DNA of 64,000 nucleotides from Salinispira sp. (GCA_965602015.1 OZ271918.1:3520001-3584000), one strand, 5' to 3'; shown: positions 21,058 to 31,652, numbered from the stretch's first letter. Numbers and translations are program-made. The notes: generated from the sequence alone by a model not told the origin.

Positions 21058-22908
21058 TCAGTCCTTATGCGGAGACGGTTTTTCGCCTAATGTGAATTGC
21101 GCAAAACGGGCGGTCAGCTTTGCCGCTTCTCGGTGGAGACCGCCGCTGTTTTCTCCAATGGAGCCGGCCATTGACATGAGTTCTTTGACATCATTGAGAA
21201 TTAGTCGAATCTCAGCCTGGACGGCGTCGGCGCTTTCCTTGGTGGAACCGGATGCCTGATCTAGAGATTGGATGCTCGTATCCAGGTTGACGCTTCCGCG
21301 GTTGACCGTGTCGTTGAGGCCCTGGAGGGTCTGCATCCGTTGGACAATGAGGTTTGAGCTCTCCTCCATTTCCTGCGAAGCCGAGGCGATTTCCTCCAAT
21401 CCTGCAATGAAGGATTCGCTGACCTGTTTCACATTCTTGAATGAGTTCCCGACGACACCCAGGCTCGTGTTGCTCTCTTCTATGCTCTTGATGACCCCCT
21501 TAACAAAGGCCGATGAGTTTTTGGAATTTTCCGAGGTCGACTCGGCGAGTTTGCGAATTTCCTCAGCTACCACGCTGAATCCCCTGCCGGCGTCTCCTGC
21601 GTGAGCGGCCTCAATTGCCGCGTTCATTGCCAGGAGGTTTGTCTGGGCAGCCACCGAATCGATAACCTTGTTGATTTCCGAAAGACTGTTCAACTGATTC
21701 ATGACTTCTTCCATGGCATTGAGGCTGCCGTTGAGGTTGGACTGGCTGTCCGTGGTGACCTCGTTCAGGGAGGAGGCGGCGCTTCGGCGGTTGCGGGCGA
21801 TGTCTGCGATATTCTTTGCGCTGGCCAGCATTTGCTCAGCTGCGCTGGTTGTCTCCTCCACCGAAATGGACTGGGTTTCCAGGCTCTCTCTCAGGCCGGC
21901 GGCGACCTCCGCTATGGTACGGGTTTCGCCGGCGGTGAGGGCGCTGTTCTCATTGAGCGTGGTGGCGATGCTAAAAATTTTATCCATTTCAGACTGGATT
22001 CTGGTAAGAAGTTCTTTTTGCCGCTCTACCAGGTCCTCGAGTATCTCGCTCTGACTGGTGTTGGAATCTGCATTTTCAGCGGCTTCGCCTATCACCGTGC
22101 GCAGTTCCTTTATAAAGCGATTGAGATTAATAAAGAGCTGCCCGAGCTCGTCGCGCCCCGGCACATCCAGATTTTTACTGAGGTCCTTGTCGGTCAGCGC
22201 CCGTATTTTTCCCATCGAGCGGCTCAAAGGCCGGGTCATCACCTGCGATAAAAACGCAACAAGTATAAGCGTCATTAGGAGAAAAGGTCCGGCAATAATG
22301 ATTATGCGGGGAATTGCCTCAAGCACTGTCTGGCCTGCGCTTACCGGCATTAGCGTTACACCAATTGATCCCACCAGGAAGGCGGTCACCACCAGGGTCA
22401 CGCTGAGAAAAAGCTTGGATGTCATTCCGCCGCGAACCCTCCCGGATTTTAACTTGTCTTCCGGAATGAGCATTTCCAGTTCTGCTGTCGTGCCGACGAC
22501 CATCAGTATGCCAAAAAACAGCCCCACTGCTGCGGAGTACATTCCCCCGAGGATATGCACTGCAGAATTCGACGCATAGATGCTGTTCGAGTGATGCAGG
22601 AGTGAATAGGTTAAATTATTTATTGTGCCCCATACCGGTAGTCCGTAGCGGAGGCTAAATAGCCATTTGAAACTTCCACTGGCCGCCAGCCTTCGTGCAA
22701 TTACCATCAGCAGGGTTGCCCCGACAGCGGCGGATATAAGCAGGTATATTAATGGGAGCCCCAGCGCCGCATTGATGAATTCTCCAGGTTTCGCAACTCC
22801 CGTGACCAGCTCTGCGAACGCCAGAGCCAGCGGGGTGCTCAGGCTCAGCAGTGCGAAAAATGAGACTATCTTTCCCTTACCGGACAGGACAGGCGCAGTG
22901 TTCTGCAT
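21058..22908 (-). CDS. Methyl-accepting chemotaxis protein with multi-TM N-terminus
   Basis: HAMP (RDELGQL), [33 protein letters not shown]. Confidence 0.93.
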   Translation of the reverse strand: MQNTAPVLSGKGKIVSFFALLSLSTPLALAFAELVTGVAKPGEFINAALGLPLIYLLISAAVGATLLMVIARRLAASGSFKWLFSLRYGLPVWGTINNLTYSLLHHSNSIYASNSAVHILGGMYSAAVGLFFGILMVVGTTAELEMLIPEDKLKSGRVRGGMTSKLFLSVTLVVTAFLVGSIGVTLMPVSAGQTVLEAIPRIIIIAGPFLLMTLILVAFLSQVMTRPLSRSMGKIRALTDKDLSKNLDVPGRDELGQLFINLNRFIKELRTVIGEAAENADSNTSQSEILEDLVERQKELLTRIQSEMDKIFSIATTLNENSALTAGETRTIAEVAAGLRESLETQSISVEETTSAAEQMLASAKNIADIARNRRSAASSLNEVTTDSQSNLNGSLNAMEEVMNQLNSLSEINKVIDSVAAQTNLLAMNAAIEAAHAGDAGRGFSVVAEEIRKLAESTSENSKNSSAFVKGVIKSIEESNTSLGVVGNSFKNVKQVSESFIAGLEEIASASQEMEESSNLIVQRMQTLQGLNDTVNRGSVNLDTSIQSLDQASGSTKESADAVQAEIRLILNDVKELMSMAGSIGENSGGLHREAAKLTARFAQFTLGEKPSPHKD

Positions 22909-23038
22909 AGAATTTTCCTCTTAAGCTCGGCGGTGCGTAATTTTTTGGGGCGGGTCCTTTATTCAAGTATAAGAGCTGAGGCGGCATCGGGCAAATTTGC
23001 GTATTACTCGATCAGTTATTTTGCGTTTGCCGGAGTAT

Positions 23039-24373
23039 TCAGATGTGGGCTTGTGGGGTAGGAATCCACTCGCGTTTGATGAATCGGGCGGCGAAAACCA
23101 CAGCCCTGATTGCAATAGTGAGCGCGAAACCCGCCCAGGCCCCATAGACTCCCCAGTTGAACAGCCTGATAAACACTAGCACCATGGGAATCATCAGAAA
23201 CCAGCCGCTGAGTATATTAATGTTGCGAACGAACTTCGCGTCTTCCATACCCAACAGCCCGCCCTGAAAACTGATAAACAGGGCATCGGCAAACTGGTAG
23301 AGCCCCATTATCACAAAAAGAAGCCGGCCTTTTGCAATGAGTTCAGGATCCTGGGAGAACAACCTGATGAAGGGCTCGGGAAACAGCAGCATGACCATTC
23401 CCAGTGCGCCCATTACCACCGACAGAAAGAGAGCACCGGCTATGCAGGACTGCTTGGCTTCGGCTTCCCGGCGGCTTTCGATTTTTTTGCTCACCTGCGA
23501 CATGGTAACGTCCCTGACCGGCCCTGCGAGCATCAGGATAAAATCCTTCACGCGCATAGAGATTTCGTGAATGCTCAAGGCGACCGGCCCGATGGTGGAA
23601 ATGATGCTGACGAATACCGTCCAGGAACCCTGTTCGAAAAGCCTGCTTTGCATGATGGTAAAACTGAGGTCAAATCGTTCTTTCAGAATCTTCCGCGAAA
23701 GCGAAAAACCCGTGGGCATCCGTTCGAAATGAGCTGTTACCCGGTTAAAATATCCGATGAGAATCGCCGAATGGATGCACATGGACAGCACCGATGCAAG
23801 GCCGGCGCCGAACACTCCCAGGGCCGGTGCGCCGAGCTTTCCATAAATAAAAATCCAGTTGAAGAGCACATTGAAACTCAATCCCGCGATGGTAAAAACC
23901 GGCAGAAGCTGATTGCGCTCGATTGCGATGAGGAGTTTGCTGTAGGTTGCCATAAGGAACATGGGCAAAATTCCCAGGGTCCTTACCAGCAGGTACTGTC
24001 TCGAAAATCTGAGAACCTCTGCGGAATCTGTGAGAAAACGAAGGCCCAGGAGGGTAGGGCCCAACAGCAAAAGTCCGAGCAGGGAAAGAATCAGGCCGAT
24101 TACGACTTCATGGCCGACGTAATTTCGTAGAAGCGCGCCTTTTTCAGGTGCGGCGTACTTCGCAAAATGAATGAGGTTGCTCTGTAAAAATGCGAATACC
24201 ACAATGTAATAAAAGAGATTGAAGTAGGTCAGGCCGAGACTGAGCCCGGCAATACCTTCGGTGCCCAGGGAGCCCACCATGGCGACATCCACGATTCCGA
24301 ACAAACGGCCCGCGACCATGGCCGCCAGTAGCGGCCAGGTGAGCCGCAATAGTTCCTTGATATTCTTGTACAT
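23039..24373 (-). CDS. MATE-family efflux transporter
   Basis: LLRLTWP, VDVAMVGSLG, GAPALGVFGAGLAS, WGVYGAW; start placed at MYKNIK. Confidence 0.88.
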   Translation of the reverse strand: MYKNIKELLRLTWPLLAAMVAGRLFGIVDVAMVGSLGTEGIAGLSLGLTYFNLFYYIVVFAFLQSNLIHFAKYAAPEKGALLRNYVGHEVVIGLILSLLGLLLLGPTLLGLRFLTDSAEVLRFSRQYLLVRTLGILPMFLMATYSKLLIAIERNQLLPVFTIAGLSFNVLFNWIFIYGKLGAPALGVFGAGLASVLSMCIHSAILIGYFNRVTAHFERMPTGFSLSRKILKERFDLSFTIMQSRLFEQGSWTVFVSIISTIGPVALSIHEISMRVKDFILMLAGPVRDVTMSQVSKKIESRREAEAKQSCIAGALFLSVVMGALGMVMLLFPEPFIRLFSQDPELIAKGRLLFVIMGLYQFADALFISFQGGLLGMEDAKFVRNINILSGWFLMIPMVLVFIRLFNWGVYGAWAGFALTIAIRAVVFAARFIKREWIPTPQAHI

Positions 24374-24487
24374 GGATGCTCCGGTCCTGAAGTCTGCTGT
24401 GCTCAATGATAATTCACCAAAATCTCATCTAATGCAAGCCGCAGGTTTTTTTGCTGATACCTAAATCATCTGCTATAATTCGCCGTT

Positions 24488-25792
24488 GTGAAGGAACGGA
24501 AATTCTCTGACGATACTCTCCTGTTTATTTTGCTGACCACTGTTGTCGCTGCCGCCGTGGCGCTGGCGCTAGCCATTGACGGTCTTCCCCGGGTCGCCCG
24601 GGGATTTGTTGAAATTCAGCTCCATCCGGCGCGGCTGTTAAATGATTTTACAGTGATCGGGGGCGAAGGGGCTGCGCTGGTAAACGCCGCTGTTGTCGCC
24701 CTCATTGGTATGGCGACAATCCGGCTGACCGGCGCAAAGTTTTCGGGACCTACGGTTTCGGCAGTGCTTACCATGTATGGTTTCGGGCTCTTTGGGAAAA
24801 CTCCGATCAATATCCTGCCGATTATCTTCGGGGTATTTATCGCCGCGAAAATCGTGAAAAAGAAGTTCCGCGATTACCTGATTATCGCCCTTTTCGGCAC
24901 CGCCCTGGGTCCCCTGGTTTCGCTCATCTCATACGAGTTGGCGCTGCATCCGGTACTCGGCTTGCCCATTTCTATTACGGCGGGCATTTTCGCCGGCATT
25001 CTGTTGGCGCCAACGGCAATCGTTATGCTCAGACTCCACCAGGGGTTTAGTCTGTATAACATCGGCTTCACAACAGGGTTCGTGGCCCTGTTTGCCGCGG
25101 CAATTATTTTCGGGGGGGGAGATCAGCTGCCCGGGGGATCAATTTGGAATGATTCGCCATCGGCGGCTCTTTTCTGGTCCATTCCGTTGATGTCACTTGG
25201 GTTTCTCATTATCTCCGCATTCATCGACGGCCGCTCGGTCGTCAAAGATTTTCTTCGGATCATGAAGAATCCCGGCCGGCTGCCCTCTGATTTTATTTCC
25301 AATGAATCTCTGGCCGGTTCTCTGGCCAACATGGGAGTAATGGGACTATTGTCCTGGGGATATGTGGTGATGGTTTCCGCCCCGTTAAACGGCCCGGTCC
25401 TCGGGGGAATCTTCACCATAGTCGGGTTTGCCGCGTTCGGAAAGCATCCCCGCAATGTGTGGCCTATCGTCCTGGGCGTCGCCGGTGCCGCCCTGCTGTT
25501 CGGCCACGAGCTTTCGGCTCCAGGAGTAATCCTCGCGGTGCTGTTCGGCACCACTTTGGCTCCGCTGGCCGGTGAGTTCGGCCCCCTGGTGGGCGTTACC
25601 GCAGGCTTTTTGCATTTCGTCATGGTAATGAGGACCGGCGACTGGCATGCGGGAATCGGCTTGTACAACAACGGTTTCGCTGGCGGACTGGCTGCAACAA
25701 TGCTGGTTGCGATAATCGAATGGTTCCGCAGCAATGCGGTTGAGAAGAATCCCGCAAAACAGGGAAGCTTCCGGAGTAAAGCGGAGAAATAA
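24488..25792 (+). CDS. DUF1576-like membrane protein
   Basis: Internal duplication: LFGTALGP..LYNIGF / LFGTTLAP..LYNNGF; FGKHPRN. Confidence 0.75.
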   Translation: MKERKFSDDTLLFILLTTVVAAAVALALAIDGLPRVARGFVEIQLHPARLLNDFTVIGGEGAALVNAAVVALIGMATIRLTGAKFSGPTVSAVLTMYGFGLFGKTPINILPIIFGVFIAAKIVKKKFRDYLIIALFGTALGPLVSLISYELALHPVLGLPISITAGIFAGILLAPTAIVMLRLHQGFSLYNIGFTTGFVALFAAAIIFGGGDQLPGGSIWNDSPSAALFWSIPLMSLGFLIISAFIDGRSVVKDFLRIMKNPGRLPSDFISNESLAGSLANMGVMGLLSWGYVVMVSAPLNGPVLGGIFTIVGFAAFGKHPRNVWPIVLGVAGAALLFGHELSAPGVILAVLFGTTLAPLAGEFGPLVGVTAGFLHFVMVMRTGDWHAGIGLYNNGFAGGLAATMLVAIIEWFRSNAVEKNPAKQGSFRSKAEK

Positions 25793-25793
25793 T

Positions 25794-26174
25794 ATGAATC
25801 GAAAAGAACTGATCCTGCAGATGATTACCGAATTAGCCCATTATGTGCTTGATGAAGATCCACTGAGAATGGTGATTTCTGTGCATCAGGAAGAAGACGG
25901 GCTTCACCTGGCCATCCTCGATACCATTGTCCGGGGAGAAGAAGAGTTGGACCGGATCCGTCAGCTACTCAACAACGAAAAACGGCCCGAGATGGCCAGC
26001 TACTACGGAAGCCTGGCGGGTCATGATTCCCTGGGAAAGGCCCGGCTCAACCTCATCGGCTGGCAGGTCAAGGGTGCAGACGTGAGCTGCAGCGACAGCG
26101 GGACAAAAATCGATCTATGGCTCGGGGGAGATCGATTCGATCCTCAGTCATTTTCCATCAAGACAAAGGAATAA
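25794..26174 (+). CDS. Hypothetical protein coupled to the DUF1576-like gene
   Basis: ATG 1 nt after upstream stop, GGAG RBS; RPEMASYYGSLAG. Confidence 0.7.
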   Translation: MNRKELILQMITELAHYVLDEDPLRMVISVHQEEDGLHLAILDTIVRGEEELDRIRQLLNNEKRPEMASYYGSLAGHDSLGKARLNLIGWQVKGADVSCSDSGTKIDLWLGGDRFDPQSFSIKTKE

Positions 26175-26175
26175 G

Positions 26176-27777
26176 CTAATCCTGAGCAGATTCCGCGCTC
26201 CGTTTCGCGGCGTACATGCGTTGATCGGCTATCTGGAGAATTTGTTGAAGGTCGAGGTTTCTATCGGCCTTTACTCCGCCGAGGCTCATTCGCACCGTCA
26301 ACTCCGGTGAAATCTCATCCCAGTCCTCGCTTTCCACGGCCTTATTAATTTTGGAAATAACCGTATTTACCTTGTTCTCCCCAGCGCCCGGCAGGAGCAG
26401 AATAAACTCGTCTCCACCGTAGCGGATCACTAGATCGGCCTTCCTCAGGCATCCTGTCAACAGGGACGCGACCCGTTGGAGCACCTGGTCGCCGGCCTGA
26501 TGGGAATGGGTATCGTTAATCATCTTAAAATTGTCGACATCGGCAAATACGACACCGAAATCTTCTCCGCTGCGGGTAATTCTCGCAAGTTCTCCCGGCA
26601 TATGGGTCATCAGGTAGCGGCGGTTCAACAAGCCGGTGAGCGGATCGTGAATGAGCTGCTTTTTCAATTTCCTGTTACTGTCTTCCAGGCGGGTTTTTAA
26701 ATCCCGCAGCTCGGTGTTTTGAATCCTGTATAGTTCGCCCTCGAGTTTGACCCTCTCCAGATCAAGGAGGGCGAGGGCTTTGCTTAAGTTGTTATCCCCT
26801 ATAAGCCGTCCCAACTCCTTCTGCTTGCCGAGGGCCCTTCGCTGATAGGACAGTGCTTTCTCCAAATCGCCCTGGTGCTCATAGTACCTGGCGAGCAGTT
26901 CATAGCAACGGATATTCATGGGAATGGGCTGCTGATTCGCCAGCTTTTTTTCGGCGGAGAGGAGAAGTGCTCTAGCTTCACCATGGCGGTTCGAATCCAT
27001 AAGCAGGGTGGCGAAGTTGAGAAGGATTTCCTCGAGCCAGCTTTTTACCGGGACTCCTTCCATGAGCTCCAGAGCCTCCCGGTAGCGGGCCTCGGCTTCG
27101 TCGCCCCGGCCTTCCTCGCATAGCACATCAGCGTATTTTGCTATGCTATGAGCCTGGTAAGCAGGCTTTTCACAGCTGCGAAATATGTCCCGGGACTGTG
27201 TCAAAAAGGAATAGCCTTCTTTGTATGAACCTCCTGCTCCCAGTAAGCGACCGAGATTAGATAGAATAATCCCCAGGTTCATTGCATCCGCTTCGCCTAA
27301 ATCCTCAGCGGATGGAGATTCAGAATTCTGCATGGCTTTTCTTGCAGAGTCGTAATATTCAATTGCCCGTTCCGATTGTCCGAGTTCTTTGTAGATAATT
27401 GCGGTATTATTCAGCGCTGAAGCTGCCCTAAGAGGCCACTGGTCCCGAAAGAGCTGATAGGCCTTGGTGCAGTGTTCTATGGCAAGCTGATAGACCGAAA
27501 GCTGGCCGTACAGGACGCCTTGGGTTAGATGGGCCTCCGCCTGCTCGCGGGCGTCTCCCTGAAATTTTGCAGCCTGCTCCGCCTTCCTGGCGTATTCAAG
27601 TCCGGTGGCATGATCCTGAGACATAAAGGCGCATTTGGCGCACATGCGCAGCGCCTCAGCCCGCCCGCCCGGTAGTTCACGGCAATCAGTTTTCTCCGCA
27701 GCCTGGGAAAAGAGGGGCAGTGCCTCTTCGAACTCCCCCCGACCCATTGCCTTCCGGGCATTAGCAATCACCGACAT
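26176..27777 (-). CDS. TPR-repeat diguanylate cyclase
   Basis: Helical TPR-like repeats; DPLTGLLNRR, DVDNFKMIND, RYGGDEF. Confidence 0.92.
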   Translation of the reverse strand: MSVIANARKAMGRGEFEEALPLFSQAAEKTDCRELPGGRAEALRMCAKCAFMSQDHATGLEYARKAEQAAKFQGDAREQAEAHLTQGVLYGQLSVYQLAIEHCTKAYQLFRDQWPLRAASALNNTAIIYKELGQSERAIEYYDSARKAMQNSESPSAEDLGEADAMNLGIILSNLGRLLGAGGSYKEGYSFLTQSRDIFRSCEKPAYQAHSIAKYADVLCEEGRGDEAEARYREALELMEGVPVKSWLEEILLNFATLLMDSNRHGEARALLLSAEKKLANQQPIPMNIRCYELLARYYEHQGDLEKALSYQRRALGKQKELGRLIGDNNLSKALALLDLERVKLEGELYRIQNTELRDLKTRLEDSNRKLKKQLIHDPLTGLLNRRYLMTHMPGELARITRSGEDFGVVFADVDNFKMINDTHSHQAGDQVLQRVASLLTGCLRKADLVIRYGGDEFILLLPGAGENKVNTVISKINKAVESEDWDEISPELTVRMSLGGVKADRNLDLQQILQIADQRMYAAKRSAESAQD

Positions 27778-27828
27778 GGTTTAAGTATACGAAGGTAGTT
27801 GGGAAAACTCAAAAGCCTTGCGCGCATC

Positions 27829-28680
27829 TCAGCTGTTTTTTTCAGTCCATTTGCCCCAATTATGTCGAGGCCGCCAGGTAAACGCCTGCTTCACTTTGGA
27901 ATTGTCCAGTAGTGTGGAGAATGGGTCAGCGTGCTTATCAATCTCTGATCTCCAGCGGACATGTGGATGGAGTCGTTGGGTCCACTCGATTCTGTGGGGA
28001 CCGGATGTGGTGATATCGTCGGCAGACACATGGTACATCCGGTAGCCCGGTTGATTTTCTGAAACGAGCATAGCGTAGATCAGGTCGCAAAGATCCCGGA
28101 CATCGATAAAGGCTCCATACTCCCAGAACGGCTGATATTCAAAGACAGGATTGCTTCTCCGCTCTGCAGAAATATACTCGTATGTTTGCTCATCCCAGAT
28201 TCCCGGCGGACGCAGAGCGATGAGTGACATGAACTGATTGCTTTCCGCAAATCGTCGACACAATTGCTCTCCCAGAAGCTTAGACATGCCGTAATCGCTG
28301 TGCGGATCGCAGGGGTGGAGCTCGTCAATCGGGAAGTATTTCGGGGGAGACTCACCTTTGAAAATCCCCAAGGCGTCGACACTGCTGATAAAGATAAATT
28401 TTCTGATATGCTTCTGTCCGGCTGCACTGAGTAGGTTTTGCAGTGCTGCGCTATTGGAATGCATTTCATTCGATCCGCAGGTTCGCGGAAGAACGGCGCA
28501 GTGAACAAGACCGCTGCAGCCGGAAATGCGCTCTTTGAGAGAATCGGCATTGAGGAGGTCGAGTCCGTCCCTGATATCGAATCCCGTCACCGAATGACCT
28601 TCTTGACCTAGTCGGTGTTCCAGACGGGTGCCAAGAAAACCTCTGTTGCCGGTCAGTAAGATTTTCATATCCTTCCTCAT
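27829..28680 (-). CDS. NAD-dependent epimerase/dehydratase
   Basis: LLTGNRGFLG, FISS, YGMSK. Confidence 0.87.
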   Translation of the reverse strand: MRKDMKILLTGNRGFLGTRLEHRLGQEGHSVTGFDIRDGLDLLNADSLKERISGCSGLVHCAVLPRTCGSNEMHSNSAALQNLLSAAGQKHIRKFIFISSVDALGIFKGESPPKYFPIDELHPCDPHSDYGMSKLLGEQLCRRFAESNQFMSLIALRPPGIWDEQTYEYISAERRSNPVFEYQPFWEYGAFIDVRDLCDLIYAMLVSENQPGYRMYHVSADDITTSGPHRIEWTQRLHPHVRWRSEIDKHADPFSTLLDNSKVKQAFTWRPRHNWGKWTEKNS

Positions 28681-28694
28681 AACCCATGCAGGGC

Positions 28695-29990
28695 TTACCG
28701 GCTGGATTTTTTGAGCATATTTCGACTAAGCCATAAGGCGTGGTCTCGGTACATCGCCGCGTGTGACAGGAGCTCATCTTTACCGCTTGTTTCGGCGAAG
28801 CCGGCAGTCCAGTCGGCAAGGGTTCTGAGCCGCCGCACAGCGCTAGCAATCAGTTCTTCAGCCCGGTAGTGGAGCTCGGTTCGAGTCCCCGCATACCCAT
28901 GGAGGAATACTTCAATCCGGTCTTGCATTTCTGCGATGTCAAAGGGGCCGGGACCGTGACCGTTGATTTCCTCCGTCGGGTAAAGGGGTATAAAGCGGTA
29001 GGCGGCGTATCCCAAATCCCAAATCCGCGGTCCCGGAGCGCACACATCAAAATCGATCAGGCCGGCAAATCGGCTGTTGCGGAAAATGCAGTTGTACGGT
29101 GCCAAATCGTTGTGGCAAATAACCTCATGAGGCTCATCTAGGGTTTGAAAGAACTGATCCTCCGGTCGAATGGCAAAGTCCGAGCCGGCGTCATGGAACT
29201 CCCGGATTCGCCGGGCCACAGTTTGCAGCAGCGGCTCCTCCCATAGCCAGGAGTCTTCATCTGCACTGTCGCCTTTGATGTATGTGAGCACGTGGATTCC
29301 GTCCTCGATGCCCAAAGACCGGGGCACCCAGGTTATTCCTTTTTTCTCAAGATGCCGAAGCAGCCGGTGAACAGTTGCCGAATGACTATCCGCCTGTTTA
29401 TAGATTGTGTTATTCCAGAGCACCGGCGGATTCATATTTTCGCCGCTCAGAACTGTTCCCCGTTTGGTTATCCAGTCTCTGCGCAAGAGGGAAAAGACAA
29501 GCTGGTCGTATTTGCGATCGCCAATCCAGTAATGCTCGCGGTTGCTGCCATCCTGTTCAAAGTGACAATGCCTGAGGATGGCCACCGATGGCTGATTGAA
29601 CTCACCGGTGGTGGCATAAATTTTATGAACATCGTGGGTGGAAAAAAGCTCGTCGCACAGCCGGCTCAATGCCGCCTTGCCGTAACCCCTGCCCCGGTTG
29701 ATTTCAGGGAAGTAATACCCAATCTCGATGCTTTTATTTCTGGGGTTGTAATCAAACGCAAAAAACTGACCAACTATCTCACCGGACTCCCCATCTTTCA
29801 CGAGAAAATTCATGCTGTTATCGGAGGTAATTCTCCGCAGAATTTTTTCACTGAAGTCGGAAAAGCTCATGCTCCGGTTCTCAATAGGACGGCAGCTGTG
29901 ATATTCGGGCTGTTTCTCTTCGCTATGCCATTGGTAGAGCACGGGAATATGGGATTCATCGAGTTTTATCAGAAACACTGCGGGAGGCAT
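28695..29990 (-). CDS. RimJ-type GNAT fused to APH-like phosphotransferase
   Basis: N-terminal EIGYY..RGRGYG..N.PS; C-terminal CHNDLAPYN and IDFD kinase motifs. Confidence 0.82.
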   Translation of the reverse strand: MPPAVFLIKLDESHIPVLYQWHSEEKQPEYHSCRPIENRSMSFSDFSEKILRRITSDNSMNFLVKDGESGEIVGQFFAFDYNPRNKSIEIGYYFPEINRGRGYGKAALSRLCDELFSTHDVHKIYATTGEFNQPSVAILRHCHFEQDGSNREHYWIGDRKYDQLVFSLLRRDWITKRGTVLSGENMNPPVLWNNTIYKQADSHSATVHRLLRHLEKKGITWVPRSLGIEDGIHVLTYIKGDSADEDSWLWEEPLLQTVARRIREFHDAGSDFAIRPEDQFFQTLDEPHEVICHNDLAPYNCIFRNSRFAGLIDFDVCAPGPRIWDLGYAAYRFIPLYPTEEINGHGPGPFDIAEMQDRIEVFLHGYAGTRTELHYRAEELIASAVRRLRTLADWTAGFAETSGKDELLSHAAMYRDHALWLSRNMLKKSSR

Positions 29991-30193
29991 CTGATATAGT
30001 ATCAGGACCGGGTGTTGTAGGCAAATTTGATCTTGTCTGAAATGTTCCGTTGGTTTCTGTATGAAGCAAACCTCCAGGAAGACCGGTCTGCCGTTTTAAG
30101 AAAGCAAACGGCTTCATAGTAAGGCCCGGCCTTCTGCGGGCTGCTTAATATTTCGGTCCCGAATTTCATCGAGCGCAGCTGTGAAGAGATAGT

Positions 30194-30499
30194 TCACATT
30201 GTCTCCTGGTCAACCAATTTGGAATACATGAGCAGATCGACATGACCCTTGCCCGGCTAGTTTTCATATTTTCGCAACAGCCCCTCGCGTTGAAACCCGG
30301 CTCTTTCGAGAAGGCGCAGCGACGCGCTGTTTTGTGGGAGAACCAGGGCCTGAATTCTGATAAAACCCCAGGTAAGAAAACAGTGTTCGCAGAATGCCAT
30401 GAGGGCCTCGCCCATATATCCCCGCCCCCAGAAATCAGGGTGTAAATCATAGCCGATTGAAGCCCGTGGCGTGTATAACCGGGGAGTTATCATGTACAC
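30194..30499 (-). pseudogene. Truncated RimJ-type GNAT with internal amber stop
   Basis: Only C-half present (IGYDLHPDFWGRGYM..NSASLRLLERAGF); TAG at 30257-30259, then in-frame PGKGHVDLLMYSKL..TGA. Confidence 0.75.
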
Positions 30500-31018
30500 A
30501 ATGTCCTGTAGAGACTAACGGGAATGCTTCCATGAAACAGGCTTTCCTTGTAATATCTGAGACCAATTTTTTCCGCTACCCGTATCGATGCAGAGTTTTC
30601 CTTTTCAATTATGGCGATGAGCTGGGAAAACCTTCCGGACTCACAGGCGGAACTGAGAATTTTTCGTGATGCTTCAGTCGCATATCCTCGACCCCAAACA
30701 TCGGGGATTAAACGGTAACCTATCTCGGGGAAAGTGGTACCATCGATTTCCTGCATGGTGATTCCGCAGTAGCCAATTAGTTCATTTGTGGCTTTATCTA
30801 TCACTGCGTGAAGGCCTAACCCCTCGTTGTCATATAGAATGAGGTTTCGCTCGATGAATTTCGCTGTCTTTTTTATGTCATATGGTCCCGATAGCGAGTA
30901 CTGCATGACTCTTGGGTCGCCAAGCAGACGATATACGTCGGGAGTATCGCTATCCTGGAATCGGCCTGAGCGACAGCCGGGACGTGTGTAATTGCGGCGT
31001 CTCAAGTTTTATACTCAC
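30490..31018 (-). pseudogene. RimJ-type GNAT with +1 frameshift near 30961
   Basis: GTG 31018 gives MSIKLETPQLHTSRLSLRP; removing one A at 30961 joins it to FQDSDTPDVY..EIGYRL..WGRGYATEA. Confidence 0.78.
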
Positions 31019-31058
31019 CACCACCAATCTCCCTGGTAACTATCCTGGAAATGCAGTT

Positions 31059-31652
31059 TCATCTGGGTCTCGGTATTGCATCGGGCAGCAGCAGATGAGC
31101 TTGATATTCCCCGCCGCGGAAATCAGCACGAACGACCAGGGGCATAATATCCACGATAGATAAAAATCCTTCGTAGCTGAACGTCTCATCGAAGTGATTC
31201 AACACTGTGCTCAGGGCCGTGCCGTGAGTTCCGATTGCCATGCATCCTCCGGCATGGCGCTTTAGGAGCGGGTTTAGCGCGGCGATGCTGCGTTCTTTGA
31301 CTTCAGAAAGCGATTCTCCGCCATCCAGGGCGTAGGTAAAATCTTCCCATTGACGCCTGGCATATGCAAAGAAATCGTCCACCCAGCCTCCGACCCTGCG
31401 TTCCCCGAGGTCAGGAACTTCCCGTATCGCCATTCCTCGGGTTTTCGCCAGCGGCTCGATGGTGGATAGGGTTCGCAGGTACGGGCTTGAATATATGGCA
31501 TCCAGCGGAGTGTCGGCGAAATAATCGACCAGCCTTGCTGCGGCGGTCTTTCCGGATTCGGTGAGAGGGCGGCTGACATCGTCTTTAACGGAAAAATCCG
31601 ATTCGGCGTGGCGTATAAAATATACAGTGCAGGCGTTGGCGCTTATATCCAC
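31059..31652 (-). CDS. Histidine phosphatase family protein
   Basis: FIRHAES, SSPYLR, GGES, THG. Confidence 0.9.
   Translation of the reverse strand: MDISANACTVYFIRHAESDFSVKDDVSRPLTESGKTAAARLVDYFADTPLDAIYSSPYLRTLSTIEPLAKTRGMAIREVPDLGERRVGGWVDDFFAYARRQWEDFTYALDGGESLSEVKERSIAALNPLLKRHAGGCMAIGTHGTALSTVLNHFDETFSYEGFLSIVDIMPLVVRADFRGGEYQAHLLLPDAIPRPR

Noticed and set aside
30257..30259. Pyrrolysine or amber readthrough
   Set aside because: The gene also lacks its N-terminal half, no pyl genes are in view, and TGG->TAG decay is simpler.
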